From a virus (lineage: Duplodnaviria; Caudoviricetes): 25,822 nt of DNA. The notes under the pieces were generated by a model. That model made no database searches and was not told the origin of the DNA. It saw nothing but the letters and a program-made list of their open reading frames with translations. Shown here piece after piece: positions 8,523-18,144 of this stretch. Position numbers and translations under genes: made by a program. The stretch lies in IMG/VR virus record IMGVR_UViG_3300037043_000425, positions 1 to 25,822 of that record. One strand, given 5' to 3'. Positions within the stretch are counted from its first letter, which is position 1, and the number at the start of each line of letters is the position of its first letter.

Positions 8523-8909
8523 TCAGCTTTTTTTATGAGACCGGCAACTTTACTAAAATGGAAACCAATTTCTACAAAAATGTCGGTTACCCACTTGCCC
8601 CTCAAAACCGGGAGCGTAGGGACGCCTTCCCCCTTATAGGTCCCACATCCGTCCCACTTGTTTGCCATAGAGGCCCCAAAACCGGCAAACCCTTATACCA
8701 CCTATGTTCTCCGGGGTGCGTAGGTTCCGGTATCTCAACGAACACGATCCCACCTTCCCAATTACCTTGCCTGCCGAAACGCCCGTATTTTACCCCTACG
8801 GGTGGCGTATTCGGTGGATGCTTTTCGGGGACCAAAATGCCCCAGGAGTTGCTGCGGCACACTGGTTGCATACGGCGCCCGCTCACGGTGAGACCTGAGG
8901 ACAGAGAAC

Positions 8910-11630
8910 ATGGCCACTGATATCGGCGAACTGCTGGTCAAGCTCTCGGCGGACTTGAAGAACCTGGACTCCGGGTTGAAGACGGCCAAGGGGGAGCTAT
9001 CGGGGTTCCAGGATTACGCCAGTTCTTTTGCCGCGACTCTCAAAAAGACCCTGGCTTTCGCTGGGGTGGCGGTGGGGATTTATGAGATCGCCACCGCTGT
9101 TAAAGCGTTCGCCCAAGACGCGGCTATGGTCGGGGCCCGCACCGAGACCTTAGCCATATCCATGTATCAGGTGGGTAAGAATGCTGATGTGTCGGCTCAA
9201 TCTCTCGACCTTTTGATAACCAAACTTCAGAAGCTGGGTATCACCAAACAAGAGGCCATGCTGGGTGCCACCAAATTCATGGCGGCAGGTCTGAATTTAT
9301 CAAAGCTCGAAGAATTGGCCACCCGGGCCCGTGACATTGCTGTCGTCGCCAACGTCAATACTTCCGAAGCCTTTAGCCGGATTATCCAGGGAGTAATCAG
9401 CGGCGAATCGGAAACCCTCAAGCGGCTCATGATCAATGTCGGCAACCTCGACGAGTTGATGAAGAAATGGTCCGCGACCCTGGGGGTTAACAAGGAAGAT
9501 ATCGGGTCGGTCACCAAAGCCAACTTGATGCTGGGCGAGGTTTTGGAAAAGACCGCCCGGTTCGCCGGGGCGGCATCGGCGGCGGATGCAACCGTGGGCA
9601 AGCAGCTCCAGTCAATGGCCCGCTATGCCGAGGAAGCGAAAAACGCCTTATGGCCGATCTTTCAGCCGGCGTTCCTGGCCTTTGTCCAGGAGATGACCGC
9701 TGGTTGGAAGGATTTGGAGAAATGGGCCAGGGCCAACACCGTACGCCTGGAGGAATGGGGCAAGGGCTTTGCCGAATGGGTGAAATGGCTGGCTACCGGA
9801 ATCCGGGATATCGGGGCTTTTATTTCTGAAAACAAGAAGTTAATCACGACCTTCCTGGAACTCTATGTTGCCAGCAAAGCGGCGGGCTGGGTTGCTGGCC
9901 TGGGGGCCTCCCTCAAAACGACGGCCTTAGAGGTGGGAATCCTGGCGGCCCTTTTGGGCAAGCTGAAGGGCCTGGTGGACGGCCCCTGGCAGATAGTAAT
10001 TACCGTGGCTCTTTACGGACTTTATGAAGCCTGGAACAAGATCCAGCAGTTGAGACAGCAGGCAGGATTTACCCCGAAGCCTGGTGCTGTGGGCGAGGCA
10101 ATTCAGGAAGGCCGGGCCCGGGATCGGACCAGGGAAGGCAAAGAATTAGACGCTGCAAAGGTTCTGGATGCTGATGAAGCGACCCGCCGGGGCCTTAGCC
10201 CAGAAAAATTTCTGGAATTGCAGAAGGAAGAGCAGAAGCGGGCCATAGAAGGCCGGTACAAGAAATACACGGCCCCTTCCGTCCTGCCGCCGGTACTGCC
10301 CGAGCATGAAACCCCGGAAGAAAGGCTGGCCAGAGAATCCGCGGCTGCCACAAAGCGCGCCAAGGATGAAGAATATAAAGGGGCGCCCAAAGATAAGAAG
10401 GGTGGCGGTGCCAAGGAAACCATCGACAACCTCTTGGCCCCTCTTTTGGCCATGTATAAGACCAAGCGCGAAGCCGATCTACAGGACGCCCAAAATTCCC
10501 TTGACCTGCTCAAAACCACCAATGACAAGAAGCGGGCCGAACTGGAAAAAGACCTGGCCGAGGGGCTGATCGACGGGCAGACCTATTACCAGCGCCTCCA
10601 GGACTTGCAGCGGCAGGAGACTGACGCGGCCATCGCCATGATCGGCCAGAAACGCCAGGCCCAGCAGAAAGCCTACCAGGAGTCCCTGTCCGAGGTGGAG
10701 GCTGACACCAAACTGAGCGATGAGGCCAAGAATATTGCCCGGCAAAAACTGGCCGCCGAGAACCGCAAGGCGTTATCAAAACTTACCACAGAAGCGTCCC
10801 AGGCCAGATTGGAAGATGAGACCAAGATCATTGAAGAACTCAAGCGCCAGGTAGAGCTGAAAAAGCAATATGCGGATACCACCGCAGGCCTGAACATCGA
10901 TACGGCCCAGCTGCTGGGGGCAATCTCTGGGCAAGAGGCCATCCTGCAGCGGCTCAACCTGGAATGGAGAAAGAACAAAGAAGCCGCCCTCGCTGCCGGC
11001 CTCGACCCCAGCGATCCATTTTTTGCCGCAGGTGAAAGAAACCTGGAAGCCAAGAAGGGGGACACCCTTTACAGCGGCTATGCCAATCAAATCACTCAGG
11101 GGATATCTTCCCTGGCTGACGCGATTACCAGCGGCGGTCAAGATTTAATGCAGGCTGCGAACGGGGTTTTCAAGAACCTGTTCAACGAGGCCATGAAGCC
11201 CGGACTCGAGGCGCTCAAGGAGCAGATAGTTGCCGGGTTCAAATATCTGTTCAAGGATGCGGGGTCGGGACTGGCAGGGGCAGTCATGGGGGCCATCGGC
11301 ATCGTGGGCATGATGATGACCCAAAAAAGCAACGCCTCGTTCAGTTCTTCCGGGGTCCAGTCGGCAGTTACCGGCCACGAGGCCGTGAGAGGCATCATAG
11401 CGGGCGACACCTCGCTGCCTATAGCTGAAATCGGGGTGAGCCTGGCTGACGCCCTGGTGACCACCAACGGCATCCTGAGTCTCATCGAGAGCAATACCAG
11501 GGGCGGGGGCGGGGCGGGAATCAGCATTGATGTCGGGAACCTGGTCCCCCGGGTCAAGGAAGCCATCCAGGGGGTCATGGAAGCATACTTTCGGGACGTT
11601 TATATGGAAAGCGGGAGCGCCAGACCATGA
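8910..11630 (+). CDS. Tail tape measure protein (906 aa)
   Basis: N-terminal IGELLVKLSAD, long Ala/Gln/Lys-rich helical sequence, hydrophobic Gly/Ala segments, canonical position. Confidence 0.92.
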   Translation: MATDIGELLVKLSADLKNLDSGLKTAKGELSGFQDYASSFAATLKKTLAFAGVAVGIYEIATAVKAFAQDAAMVGARTETLAISMYQVGKNADVSAQSLDLLITKLQKLGITKQEAMLGATKFMAAGLNLSKLEELATRARDIAVVANVNTSEAFSRIIQGVISGESETLKRLMINVGNLDELMKKWSATLGVNKEDIGSVTKANLMLGEVLEKTARFAGAASAADATVGKQLQSMARYAEEAKNALWPIFQPAFLAFVQEMTAGWKDLEKWARANTVRLEEWGKGFAEWVKWLATGIRDIGAFISENKKLITTFLELYVASKAAGWVAGLGASLKTTALEVGILAALLGKLKGLVDGPWQIVITVALYGLYEAWNKIQQLRQQAGFTPKPGAVGEAIQEGRARDRTREGKELDAAKVLDADEATRRGLSPEKFLELQKEEQKRAIEGRYKKYTAPSVLPPVLPEHETPEERLARESAAATKRAKDEEYKGAPKDKKGGGAKETIDNLLAPLLAMYKTKREADLQDAQNSLDLLKTTNDKKRAELEKDLAEGLIDGQTYYQRLQDLQRQETDAAIAMIGQKRQAQQKAYQESLSEVEADTKLSDEAKNIARQKLAAENRKALSKLTTEASQARLEDETKIIEELKRQVELKKQYADTTAGLNIDTAQLLGAISGQEAILQRLNLEWRKNKEAALAAGLDPSDPFFAAGERNLEAKKGDTLYSGYANQITQGISSLADAITSGGQDLMQAANGVFKNLFNEAMKPGLEALKEQIVAGFKYLFKDAGSGLAGAVMGAIGIVGMMMTQKSNASFSSSGVQSAVTGHEAVRGIIAGDTSLPIAEIGVSLADALVTTNGILSLIESNTRGGGGAGISIDVGNLVPRVKEAIQGVMEAYFRDVYMESGSARP

Positions 11631-12616
11631 ACGATTTCACTCAAGACCCCTCTTGCTTAGTCCTCTGGCGGTTCGAGCCTGGGGCGTTGGGCAGCGACTC
11701 TATCGGTCTACATGAACTTTACCCCTTTTTGGCCGGGCTGTCTGACCCGGTTGACTTTTGGGAGGGCACAGGATCGATCAAGTCCACTGTCGCTTCTCCT
11801 GGCTGGTACGGAATTGAGGACCAGTATTTGGTGGCGGGGTTCCCCCTCAAGGCTGGCGGCGGCAGCGTGGGCACCTTCTGTCTCTACTACAAGCCGATAG
11901 ATGAGAGCTTCGCCAACACAATACTCGCCAAGTGGGACAAGTGTAGCCTTCGAGTCATAGAAGACACCGGGGCGCTGAAAGTTTGGTGGGGATACAGCGA
12001 TACCGAATACGAGGAAGGTGTCCCGAATGAAGTTGACCCGCCGTTGTTTCAAGCCAACACCGCTTATCACTTAGGAATTAAGCTGGATGGCCCGAACAAG
12101 CGGGTAACAATCAGGGCACGCAACCTTTCTACTGGTGAGGTTGCCACGTACACCTATGATTTCACCAATGCGATCAACATCGCCGATGCCATCTTTGAAA
12201 TAGGAGCAACCACTAACGATAGCCCAGGCGCCATGCGGGGCAACCTGGACGAGCTGGTCGTTTTCAACCGGCTCCTTTCTGATGCCGAGATTGATCAGAT
12301 TGTGGCGGGGACCTTCGGGGTGCCAGTCTACCCCTTTTCGCCCGGCTTGCCACTGTTGACCGCTTCACGCCAGCCCGAGATCAACGGCGGCACCGCCTTG
12401 ACCGCCATCGGTGACCAGGTGGATCAAGCCATCTTTTGGGAACTGGTCGCCTATGATCCCATTACCGGACGAGAAGGCGCGGCCATGGGTACCCTGATGT
12501 TCCAAAAGACGATTACTGATGGGGCCATGCATTGCAAGAACTACTATTTTTCGCCTGTCAACCCGGCGCTTGTCGGCAAAATTGATCGGGTCAAAGCCAG
12601 GATTGCCCATGCTTGA
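11627..12616 (+). CDS. Tail-associated protein: LamG/concanavalin-like domain plus C-terminal Ig-like domain
   Basis: LWRFE, TILAKW, YHLG, FEIGA, GNLDELVVFNRLLSDAEI are LamG-type signatures. ATGA overlap with the tape measure gene. Confidence 0.75.
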   Translation: MNDFTQDPSCLVLWRFEPGALGSDSIGLHELYPFLAGLSDPVDFWEGTGSIKSTVASPGWYGIEDQYLVAGFPLKAGGGSVGTFCLYYKPIDESFANTILAKWDKCSLRVIEDTGALKVWWGYSDTEYEEGVPNEVDPPLFQANTAYHLGIKLDGPNKRVTIRARNLSTGEVATYTYDFTNAINIADAIFEIGATTNDSPGAMRGNLDELVVFNRLLSDAEIDQIVAGTFGVPVYPFSPGLPLLTASRQPEINGGTALTAIGDQVDQAIFWELVAYDPITGREGAAMGTLMFQKTITDGAMHCKNYYFSPVNPALVGKIDRVKARIAHA

Positions 12617-13565
12617 ACAGATTTACACCAGCAGCAAGACCGTTACGGCCGTGGCTGACAAGACCTATTACCGCATGTGCTACGTGAAAACTTGGGATGC
12701 CATGATGCTCCACTATTCCCTGGCGCCTATGAAGGCTCACAAGCTATTCCGAGACGGCACCGTGGCCACCATGATAACGGAGATGCTGTCTTTGGGGTTG
12801 CAGGCCCGGGTGGGCGGGCGGCATTGCTGGATGGACCTTACTCAACAGGGAAACGGCGAATGGTACGCCGCCGATGAAATCTCCGGAAATTTCCACTCGT
12901 CTGACAAGTTGAATGGGGCTTGGGTGCCGCCAGCAGAAGCTTATAAGCCCGGAAGCTATGTCGATGACAAACACGGCCTGATCCTTTTCCCCTACGTCAA
13001 CAGGCTGGTGAAATTCTTTAACCTGGCTACCGGCGCCCAGACCGCGACGGTGACGTTGCCAGGCAACGGAAACCTAACTTACGATCACCTGGCCTGGGCT
13101 GGCGAAGGCATGGTGATCGCCATTGAATTTGGAACCGGAAGGGTCGCCATGCTCGATTACCTGAATCTGACGTTTCTGTGGACCAGCGTCATCAGGCCCT
13201 GCATCATGGCCGCTTATGACTGTTTGCACCGCTTAATCGTGACCGTGGAAAACGACCTCCTGGTCCGACTGTTCACCCTGGACCCGGTGCCCGCGGCGCT
13301 CGCCAGCCCGGTGTTCGTTCCGGCCGCAAACCAGCACCGGCTAATGGGCAGCAGGGTGCAGACCAGGCTTACCGGGGATGACGGGGAGCCCTGTGGAAAC
13401 TACTGGATTCATTGGAATTTGCTCGGGTCTCCCAAGGGCGAACTGCTCAAAGACAAGAGCAAGACCGATGCGAACGGCTATGCTGAAAACTACTATTTCG
13501 GCCCCCCGCCATCGGGGGCGATTGGGGAAGAAACGATCCTGGTAAGCGTCAAGGTGCCGGCATGA
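12609..13565 (+). CDS. Tail-associated protein: beta-propeller-like region plus C-terminal Ig-like domain
   Basis: ATG 12609 overlaps the previous stop. Repeated beta-strand units (VKFFNLATG, VAMLDYLN, AAYDCLHRLIV). C-terminal LTGDDGEP..IHW.L..G.L..SKTDANGYA.NYY.GP. Confidence 0.6.
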   Translation: MLEQIYTSSKTVTAVADKTYYRMCYVKTWDAMMLHYSLAPMKAHKLFRDGTVATMITEMLSLGLQARVGGRHCWMDLTQQGNGEWYAADEISGNFHSSDKLNGAWVPPAEAYKPGSYVDDKHGLILFPYVNRLVKFFNLATGAQTATVTLPGNGNLTYDHLAWAGEGMVIAIEFGTGRVAMLDYLNLTFLWTSVIRPCIMAAYDCLHRLIVTVENDLLVRLFTLDPVPAALASPVFVPAANQHRLMGSRVQTRLTGDDGEPCGNYWIHWNLLGSPKGELLKDKSKTDANGYAENYYFGPPPSGAIGEETILVSVKVPA

Positions 13566-14647
13566 GTCTGTGGCTCATCAGAACCACTACGGGGATTATA
13601 GAGTACGCCTTATGCGATGGGCAAGGCGGCATCTATGCTCCGGACTTGTGCGCTGGGAATAAGATATACAAGGAAGAGATCGACGAGATCGGCCACTTCT
13701 TCTATGAGCCCAGCCACGATCTGCTGGTCTCCTATATCAAGACCCGGCAAAAAGCCTGGCCTGGCTGGGCCGCGTACCGCTACGAATGGAACCCGGAGAC
13801 CGGGGCGTTCATCAAGCGTACCTGGTGCGGGATTCTGCCCATTTCCTACCCGAACCACGCAGGGCTGGGGAGCTTCGGCAAGGTTTTCACCACATCGAAC
13901 CTGGCCCACATCATTTCAGAAGTGCCCTGGGACACCCTGGCCTGGGCCAGCCCCAGGTGGACAATAGACCCTACGACTTGGACCCCTGCACGATTATTCC
14001 AATATGCCCTGGTGAATCTGCAAGACAGCCTCATCGTGGGGGTAGTGGACCGGAACCTTGAAACGTGGGATATCTCGGGCACCCCAACGATGCAGGGAAC
14101 CCTACGGCTCCCCAACCTACTCGGCTATCTGTGCATGGAAAGCCGGGAAATCTGCTGGGTAATAACCCGGGACGGCCTGATCCTCAAGGCTAACTACAAG
14201 GATACCCCGCCCCGGTGGGAAATGCTGTCCAGCGTTCAAGACCCCAGCCCCGACACACTTAACTACTTCATGGCCTGGGATCAGAAACGGGGCCGGCTGG
14301 TGGTTTTGCGCCAGCGCCCGGATGCGGAAGACGGCGCCTGTCAATGCCAGTTCGAGTTCTACAAACCCCTGGTCAAGATCATCAACATCACCGACCCGGT
14401 TCCTGTCAGCCGTCACCGGGCTGGCGACGTGGTGGAGTTCGTGGCCCACCTTTACGGGGCCACCGGGGAGGGGGTAACGCCTTACCGGGTCCGTGGGCGG
14501 CTACAGGCCCCAGCCGCAGGAACTCTATTGAGGTCTGAGGCTACGAGTGGCTTAAACGGGGCAGTCAGCCTAGTATATCAGGCTCCCGCGGATGTTGAAG
14601 AAGACACGATCATCTTGGAAACCACCATCAATGACGGAGCCCTATAA
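13562..14647 (+). CDS. Tail-associated protein: beta-propeller-like region plus C-terminal Ig-like domain
   Basis: ATGA overlap. Units YEWNPETGAF, LETWDIS, MAWDQKRGRLVV. C-terminus aligns by eye with the two preceding genes. Confidence 0.6.
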   Translation: MSLWLIRTTTGIIEYALCDGQGGIYAPDLCAGNKIYKEEIDEIGHFFYEPSHDLLVSYIKTRQKAWPGWAAYRYEWNPETGAFIKRTWCGILPISYPNHAGLGSFGKVFTTSNLAHIISEVPWDTLAWASPRWTIDPTTWTPARLFQYALVNLQDSLIVGVVDRNLETWDISGTPTMQGTLRLPNLLGYLCMESREICWVITRDGLILKANYKDTPPRWEMLSSVQDPSPDTLNYFMAWDQKRGRLVVLRQRPDAEDGACQCQFEFYKPLVKIINITDPVPVSRHRAGDVVEFVAHLYGATGEGVTPYRVRGRLQAPAAGTLLRSEATSGLNGAVSLVYQAPADVEEDTIILETTINDGAL

Positions 14648-15201
14648 TGCCTGACTTGACTGCACAGACCACCTTTCAGATCGAGGAGCCCATCGAGGCC
14701 TTTGAAGAAACCCTGGACCTGGTTCTCTTGCCTGAAAATGCCGGGGTCAATGCCCTGAGAGAGTTGCGGTACCCGTCCAACGGGATGCTGCCGATCATTT
14801 ATGAGCAGAACCCGGAATGGTGGGACAACTTCGACACCGGGCCCCTCACCGGCAGGCCGATGTTCAAGGCTGAAATGACGATGGCCGATGTGGCTACGGC
14901 CCGGTGGCCCGGATATGTCAAGGACCGGCCGGTGGTAGAGCGCTGGAAAGGGGACGATAAAACCTCTCACATGACCATGACGATGTTCAGGAGTTTGTGG
15001 GAATATTTTACCAACCCCCCATCCTCCGGTTACATCGAATGGTGGCCCAAAGATCGTACCACCATAGGCTATTACATCGAAATAGAATCGCTGACGGTGG
15101 GCGGCTCTGGAGGTATTTCTCTCAACTATTTTGCCTGCAATGCAGGGATTGTATTGCACGAGGTGGAATTGACCTTCCGGATCGTTGGAGAGATTCCCTG
15201 A
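14647..15201 (+). CDS. Putative distal tail (Dit-like) protein
   Basis: 184 aa, TAATG and TGATG coupling on both sides, Trp/Pro-containing beta-rich sequence ending VELTFRI, located just before the hub-like gene. Inferred from position and size. Confidence 0.5.
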   Translation: MPDLTAQTTFQIEEPIEAFEETLDLVLLPENAGVNALRELRYPSNGMLPIIYEQNPEWWDNFDTGPLTGRPMFKAEMTMADVATARWPGYVKDRPVVERWKGDDKTSHMTMTMFRSLWEYFTNPPSSGYIEWWPKDRTTIGYYIEIESLTVGGSGGISLNYFACNAGIVLHEVELTFRIVGEIP

Positions 15202-16778
15202 TGCGGACACTCCCCTATAACTTAGAACAGGCATTGGAGGACAACCGGCGCCGGCCTGAGTATAGGATTCTTGCCTTTAACCCGAAGCTTGATTCTATGT
15301 CCGCGGTGGTCTGCGGCACCTACGCCCAAACTCCGTTTGACCTGACCCCTTACTGTTCAAGCCTGTCCTGGGCGCCTGGGCGTTTCAGTTTTGTGCTGGA
15401 AGACGGCGATTCCATCTTTCACCCGGATTTTGGAGCGCAACGGGCCTTCCTGGGAGATGGCGCTATTATCCGGCTCCAAGAAGGCGATGCGGCTCAAGAG
15501 CCGTCCACTTGGGTGAACACCTTCACCGGGATGATCCAGGGGCAAATTGGCTGGCGCAAGTCACGGCGCAGCCAGTCCTTGGAAGCCAAAATCACTGTCT
15601 ATTCCAGGGAGAACAATCAAAGCTGGAAACGCCGATCTATTACCACCAGGCCCTACTCCTCCGGGACCGAGATCGGAGTCATGCTCCAGGACATTTGCAC
15701 TCGTTTCATGGGGTTGTCCAATGCTGAAATAAGAATCCCCCTGGTCCTGGGCTTACAACTGAGGCACCTGACCAACCAGCTTGCCCGGGTATCCCCCTGG
15801 GACGCTGTGGAGTCTATCCTGGAGGCCGTGGGGATGGTCCCAGGGTTCGATGGGGATGGGCGCTTGACCTGTTACTCAAAGGCCATGACGCAGCCCGTCG
15901 CCCGGCTCATGGCCGACTGGACGAAGATTCTGGACTACGAAGTACCCGAGTATAACCAGGAGGCCATCAATAAGATCCGGGTGGTCTTTCTGGACTCCAC
16001 CCTGCAAGAGATCGAAGGGCAATATCAAATGTTAGGTACGGCCCAGGCCACGGCCGGCTTTTTCATCCCCTCTATCAAGCTTGATTGCTGGTGGGGAGAC
16101 GACCACAAGCAACGTGCCAAGAACACCCACTTCATCGTGAAACAGTCCGTGGTGACGAAGGTGGGCCGCTTGGCTTCGGCGGGTAACTTCGGCATGGCGT
16201 GGGCTACGGAAACCTACCAGCAGGTAGACGATTTCCACGGTCGGGTGACCATCACGGTTCCCTGGTGGACCCCGGTAATGTTCTCTGCCTCTTTAGTGCA
16301 ATACCTGGTGGCCTCTTATATCGGTGATGTGTCCCTCCCCCTGGGCGGCATGACTATCCCGGTGGGCAAAGTCATGCAATCCCTGACTTTGATCCAGATA
16401 CTCGCAATGATGATGTGCATCGGCACCGGGCAATATGAGATTTGGGGTACGCCTTACGACTATGCCTACCTGGAAAAGCAGAGCGTGGCTGTGGAATGCA
16501 ACCTGGAATACTGGCAGATCAACGAGCGCGTCATTAAGAACGATTTTCTCGGGAGCCAGGAGCAGGCAGACGCTATCTCCCTGTTGGAACTGATCTGGGA
16601 AAAATCGAAATGTTTCCCCCGGAAACTGGTTATCCAGGACGATCCGGCGCTGGAAATCGGGGATATGATCCGGCTTCCTGATGGCTTGAAGTTCTTCATC
16701 ACCGGCATGAGCAAGTCCATCAAACGGGGAGAGGTCCCCGTCCTACAACTGGACGGCTTCAAGGTCAGGAGGGCTTAA
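15201..16778 (+). CDS. Tail tip hub/Tal-like protein (525 aa)
   Basis: True start is probably ATG 15201 (TGATG). Motifs DLTPYC..LSW, FTGMI.G, PGFDGDGRL, INKIRV and C-terminal DPALEIGDMI.L...F.ITG.S..I are typical of hub proteins. Confidence 0.72.
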   Translation: MRTLPYNLEQALEDNRRRPEYRILAFNPKLDSMSAVVCGTYAQTPFDLTPYCSSLSWAPGRFSFVLEDGDSIFHPDFGAQRAFLGDGAIIRLQEGDAAQEPSTWVNTFTGMIQGQIGWRKSRRSQSLEAKITVYSRENNQSWKRRSITTRPYSSGTEIGVMLQDICTRFMGLSNAEIRIPLVLGLQLRHLTNQLARVSPWDAVESILEAVGMVPGFDGDGRLTCYSKAMTQPVARLMADWTKILDYEVPEYNQEAINKIRVVFLDSTLQEIEGQYQMLGTAQATAGFFIPSIKLDCWWGDDHKQRAKNTHFIVKQSVVTKVGRLASAGNFGMAWATETYQQVDDFHGRVTITVPWWTPVMFSASLVQYLVASYIGDVSLPLGGMTIPVGKVMQSLTLIQILAMMMCIGTGQYEIWGTPYDYAYLEKQSVAVECNLEYWQINERVIKNDFLGSQEQADAISLLELIWEKSKCFPRKLVIQDDPALEIGDMIRLPDGLKFFITGMSKSIKRGEVPVLQLDGFKVRRA

Positions 16779-16780
16779 CC

Positions 16781-17257
16781 GTGAGCGTAAACAGAATCTT
16801 CCTCACACCAGAGAAGGGAGAGATGACCGGGACCACGGTGAGCCCCTTTTACCAGTTATACGATGACGGTACCGGGTACACCTGGGCGGCGGATGTTGAC
16901 CTGGGGGATGGCAGCGAGGTCATGACGGGCGTACCGGTGGCCAGCAACAACAAGGAACTGATCTATGCCGAGCAGGGCAAGCCGGTAGCCTTGCGGCGAG
17001 AAAACAGCCGCTGGGTAGTCATCGGCCTGTCCAAGACCGCCAAAGATTTCCAGTACATCACCTACGTGTGCTTCGAAGATGATATCGCTGAAATCGTGGG
17101 AACAGAGGTACAGGGTTACAAGGTCCGGATGCTGACCTACGGTGAACTCGGGGATTTGGTGGCAAACACCGGGTACGGCTATTTCCCTTATGGGGTAATG
17201 GGGCGCTTTGACAATCAAGGCAACCTGATCGAAATCGTAGAAATGAGGCCATCATGA
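16781..17257 (+). CDS. Tail tip protein, possibly OB-fold spike-like
   Basis: GTG start after GGAGG. ADVDLG..GVPVA..GKPVALRR..WVVIG resembles a spike OB-fold. C-terminal YG-rich segment. Confidence 0.45.
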   Translation: MSVNRIFLTPEKGEMTGTTVSPFYQLYDDGTGYTWAADVDLGDGSEVMTGVPVASNNKELIYAEQGKPVALRRENSRWVVIGLSKTAKDFQYITYVCFEDDIAEIVGTEVQGYKVRMLTYGELGDLVANTGYGYFPYGVMGRFDNQGNLIEIVEMRPS

Positions 17258-18135
17258 GCTATTCCCTGTTCAAGACCTTCGCCTATGCCATGCTGGATTA
17301 CATCTCTCGGCATAATTCCAATTACACGATCATCGAGGACGCTCTAAACGAACTGGCCTCCCTGATCACCGGAGTAACCGGTGGACAAGCACTTGTTCCC
17401 CTGGGGCTCCAGGAAATCTTTGATCGCCGGGGGCTAATCGGGATCGGGTCTTACGACTTCGCCACCGGGGGCAGCACCAGCATCACGGTGGCGGCTGGCG
17501 CCTATTACAACGCCGGCTCGTTCTACCACAAGGTCAACTCGACTGTCTTGACTCTGGTGGGCCGGGGTGCTGGCACCTACTACGTCAACCTGGACGCGAC
17601 GGGGGCTCCGGTTATCGGGACCTCGGCCGATGCCACGACCACCAGGCAGTTCTCTTGGAACGGCACGACCACCACCAGCGCCAAAGCCCTTTATACCGGG
17701 GTAAATATCTTGTTCGACGGGGATGATTACGCTGCGCAACTGAGCAGCACCGCCCGGGCCAAAACCTTCACGAAGGTGGCGGACCGCCTGGAAGAGATCG
17801 AAACCCTTTTAGCCAAGGCGGTCCAGACCCCAGCAAGCGCCGATACGATAGCCGTCAACTGGTCCCTCGGGAGCCATGTGCGGATCGTCCTGGACCGGGC
17901 CACGACCACCATCAACATGAGCGGGGCCTACGATAGCCAGAAGTGCGTCCTGGAATTGGTTCAGGATGATGCAGGTAACCGGGCGGTGGTGCTGGGTGCC
18001 GGGGTGCAGGTCGGGGACGATTTAACTATCCCGGTGCCACTTTCCACGGCTGGCGATAAACGTGATTTCCTGGGGTTTGTCTATTCTGGCGGGAACAGCA
18101 AGTACAACTATGTCAGCCTTTCCAGGGGTTTTTAG
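17254..18135 (+). CDS. Short tail fibre-like protein with C-terminal adaptor-type domain
   Basis: N-terminal helix NSNYTIIEDAL, Thr/Gly-rich beta region, short coiled coil DRLEEIETLL, C-terminal domain with LELVQDDAGNR and LSTAGDKRDFLGF. ATGA overlap. Confidence 0.65.
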   Translation: MSYSLFKTFAYAMLDYISRHNSNYTIIEDALNELASLITGVTGGQALVPLGLQEIFDRRGLIGIGSYDFATGGSTSITVAAGAYYNAGSFYHKVNSTVLTLVGRGAGTYYVNLDATGAPVIGTSADATTTRQFSWNGTTTTSAKALYTGVNILFDGDDYAAQLSSTARAKTFTKVADRLEEIETLLAKAVQTPASADTIAVNWSLGSHVRIVLDRATTTINMSGAYDSQKCVLELVQDDAGNRAVVLGAGVQVGDDLTIPVPLSTAGDKRDFLGFVYSGGNSKYNYVSLSRGF

Positions 18136-18144
18136 GGGTCTTTA

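Noticed and set aside
8586-8730. CRISPR mini-array
   Set aside because: Repeated blocks are only 7-9 bp with irregular spacing; no cas genes.
8845-8886. Minus-strand CGCCGTATGC resembling group II intron domain V
   Set aside because: The complementary 3' arm (TACGG) and GNRA loop are absent.
8523-8909. Insert as a diversity-generating retroelement template repeat
   Set aside because: No reverse transcriptase in the window, and I found no near-identical copy differing at adenines in any tail gene.
8558-8920. Plus-strand ORFs 8558..8920 and 8704..8898 as genes
   Set aside because: No convincing RBS or motif. Not called, although not strictly excluded.
2052-15200. Upstream starts in the ORF track (2052, 4077, 7729, 12519, 14997)
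   Set aside because: Downstream ATGs at 2106, 4272, 7756, 12609 and 15201 have an RBS or stop/start coupling; the extensions overlap upstream genes.
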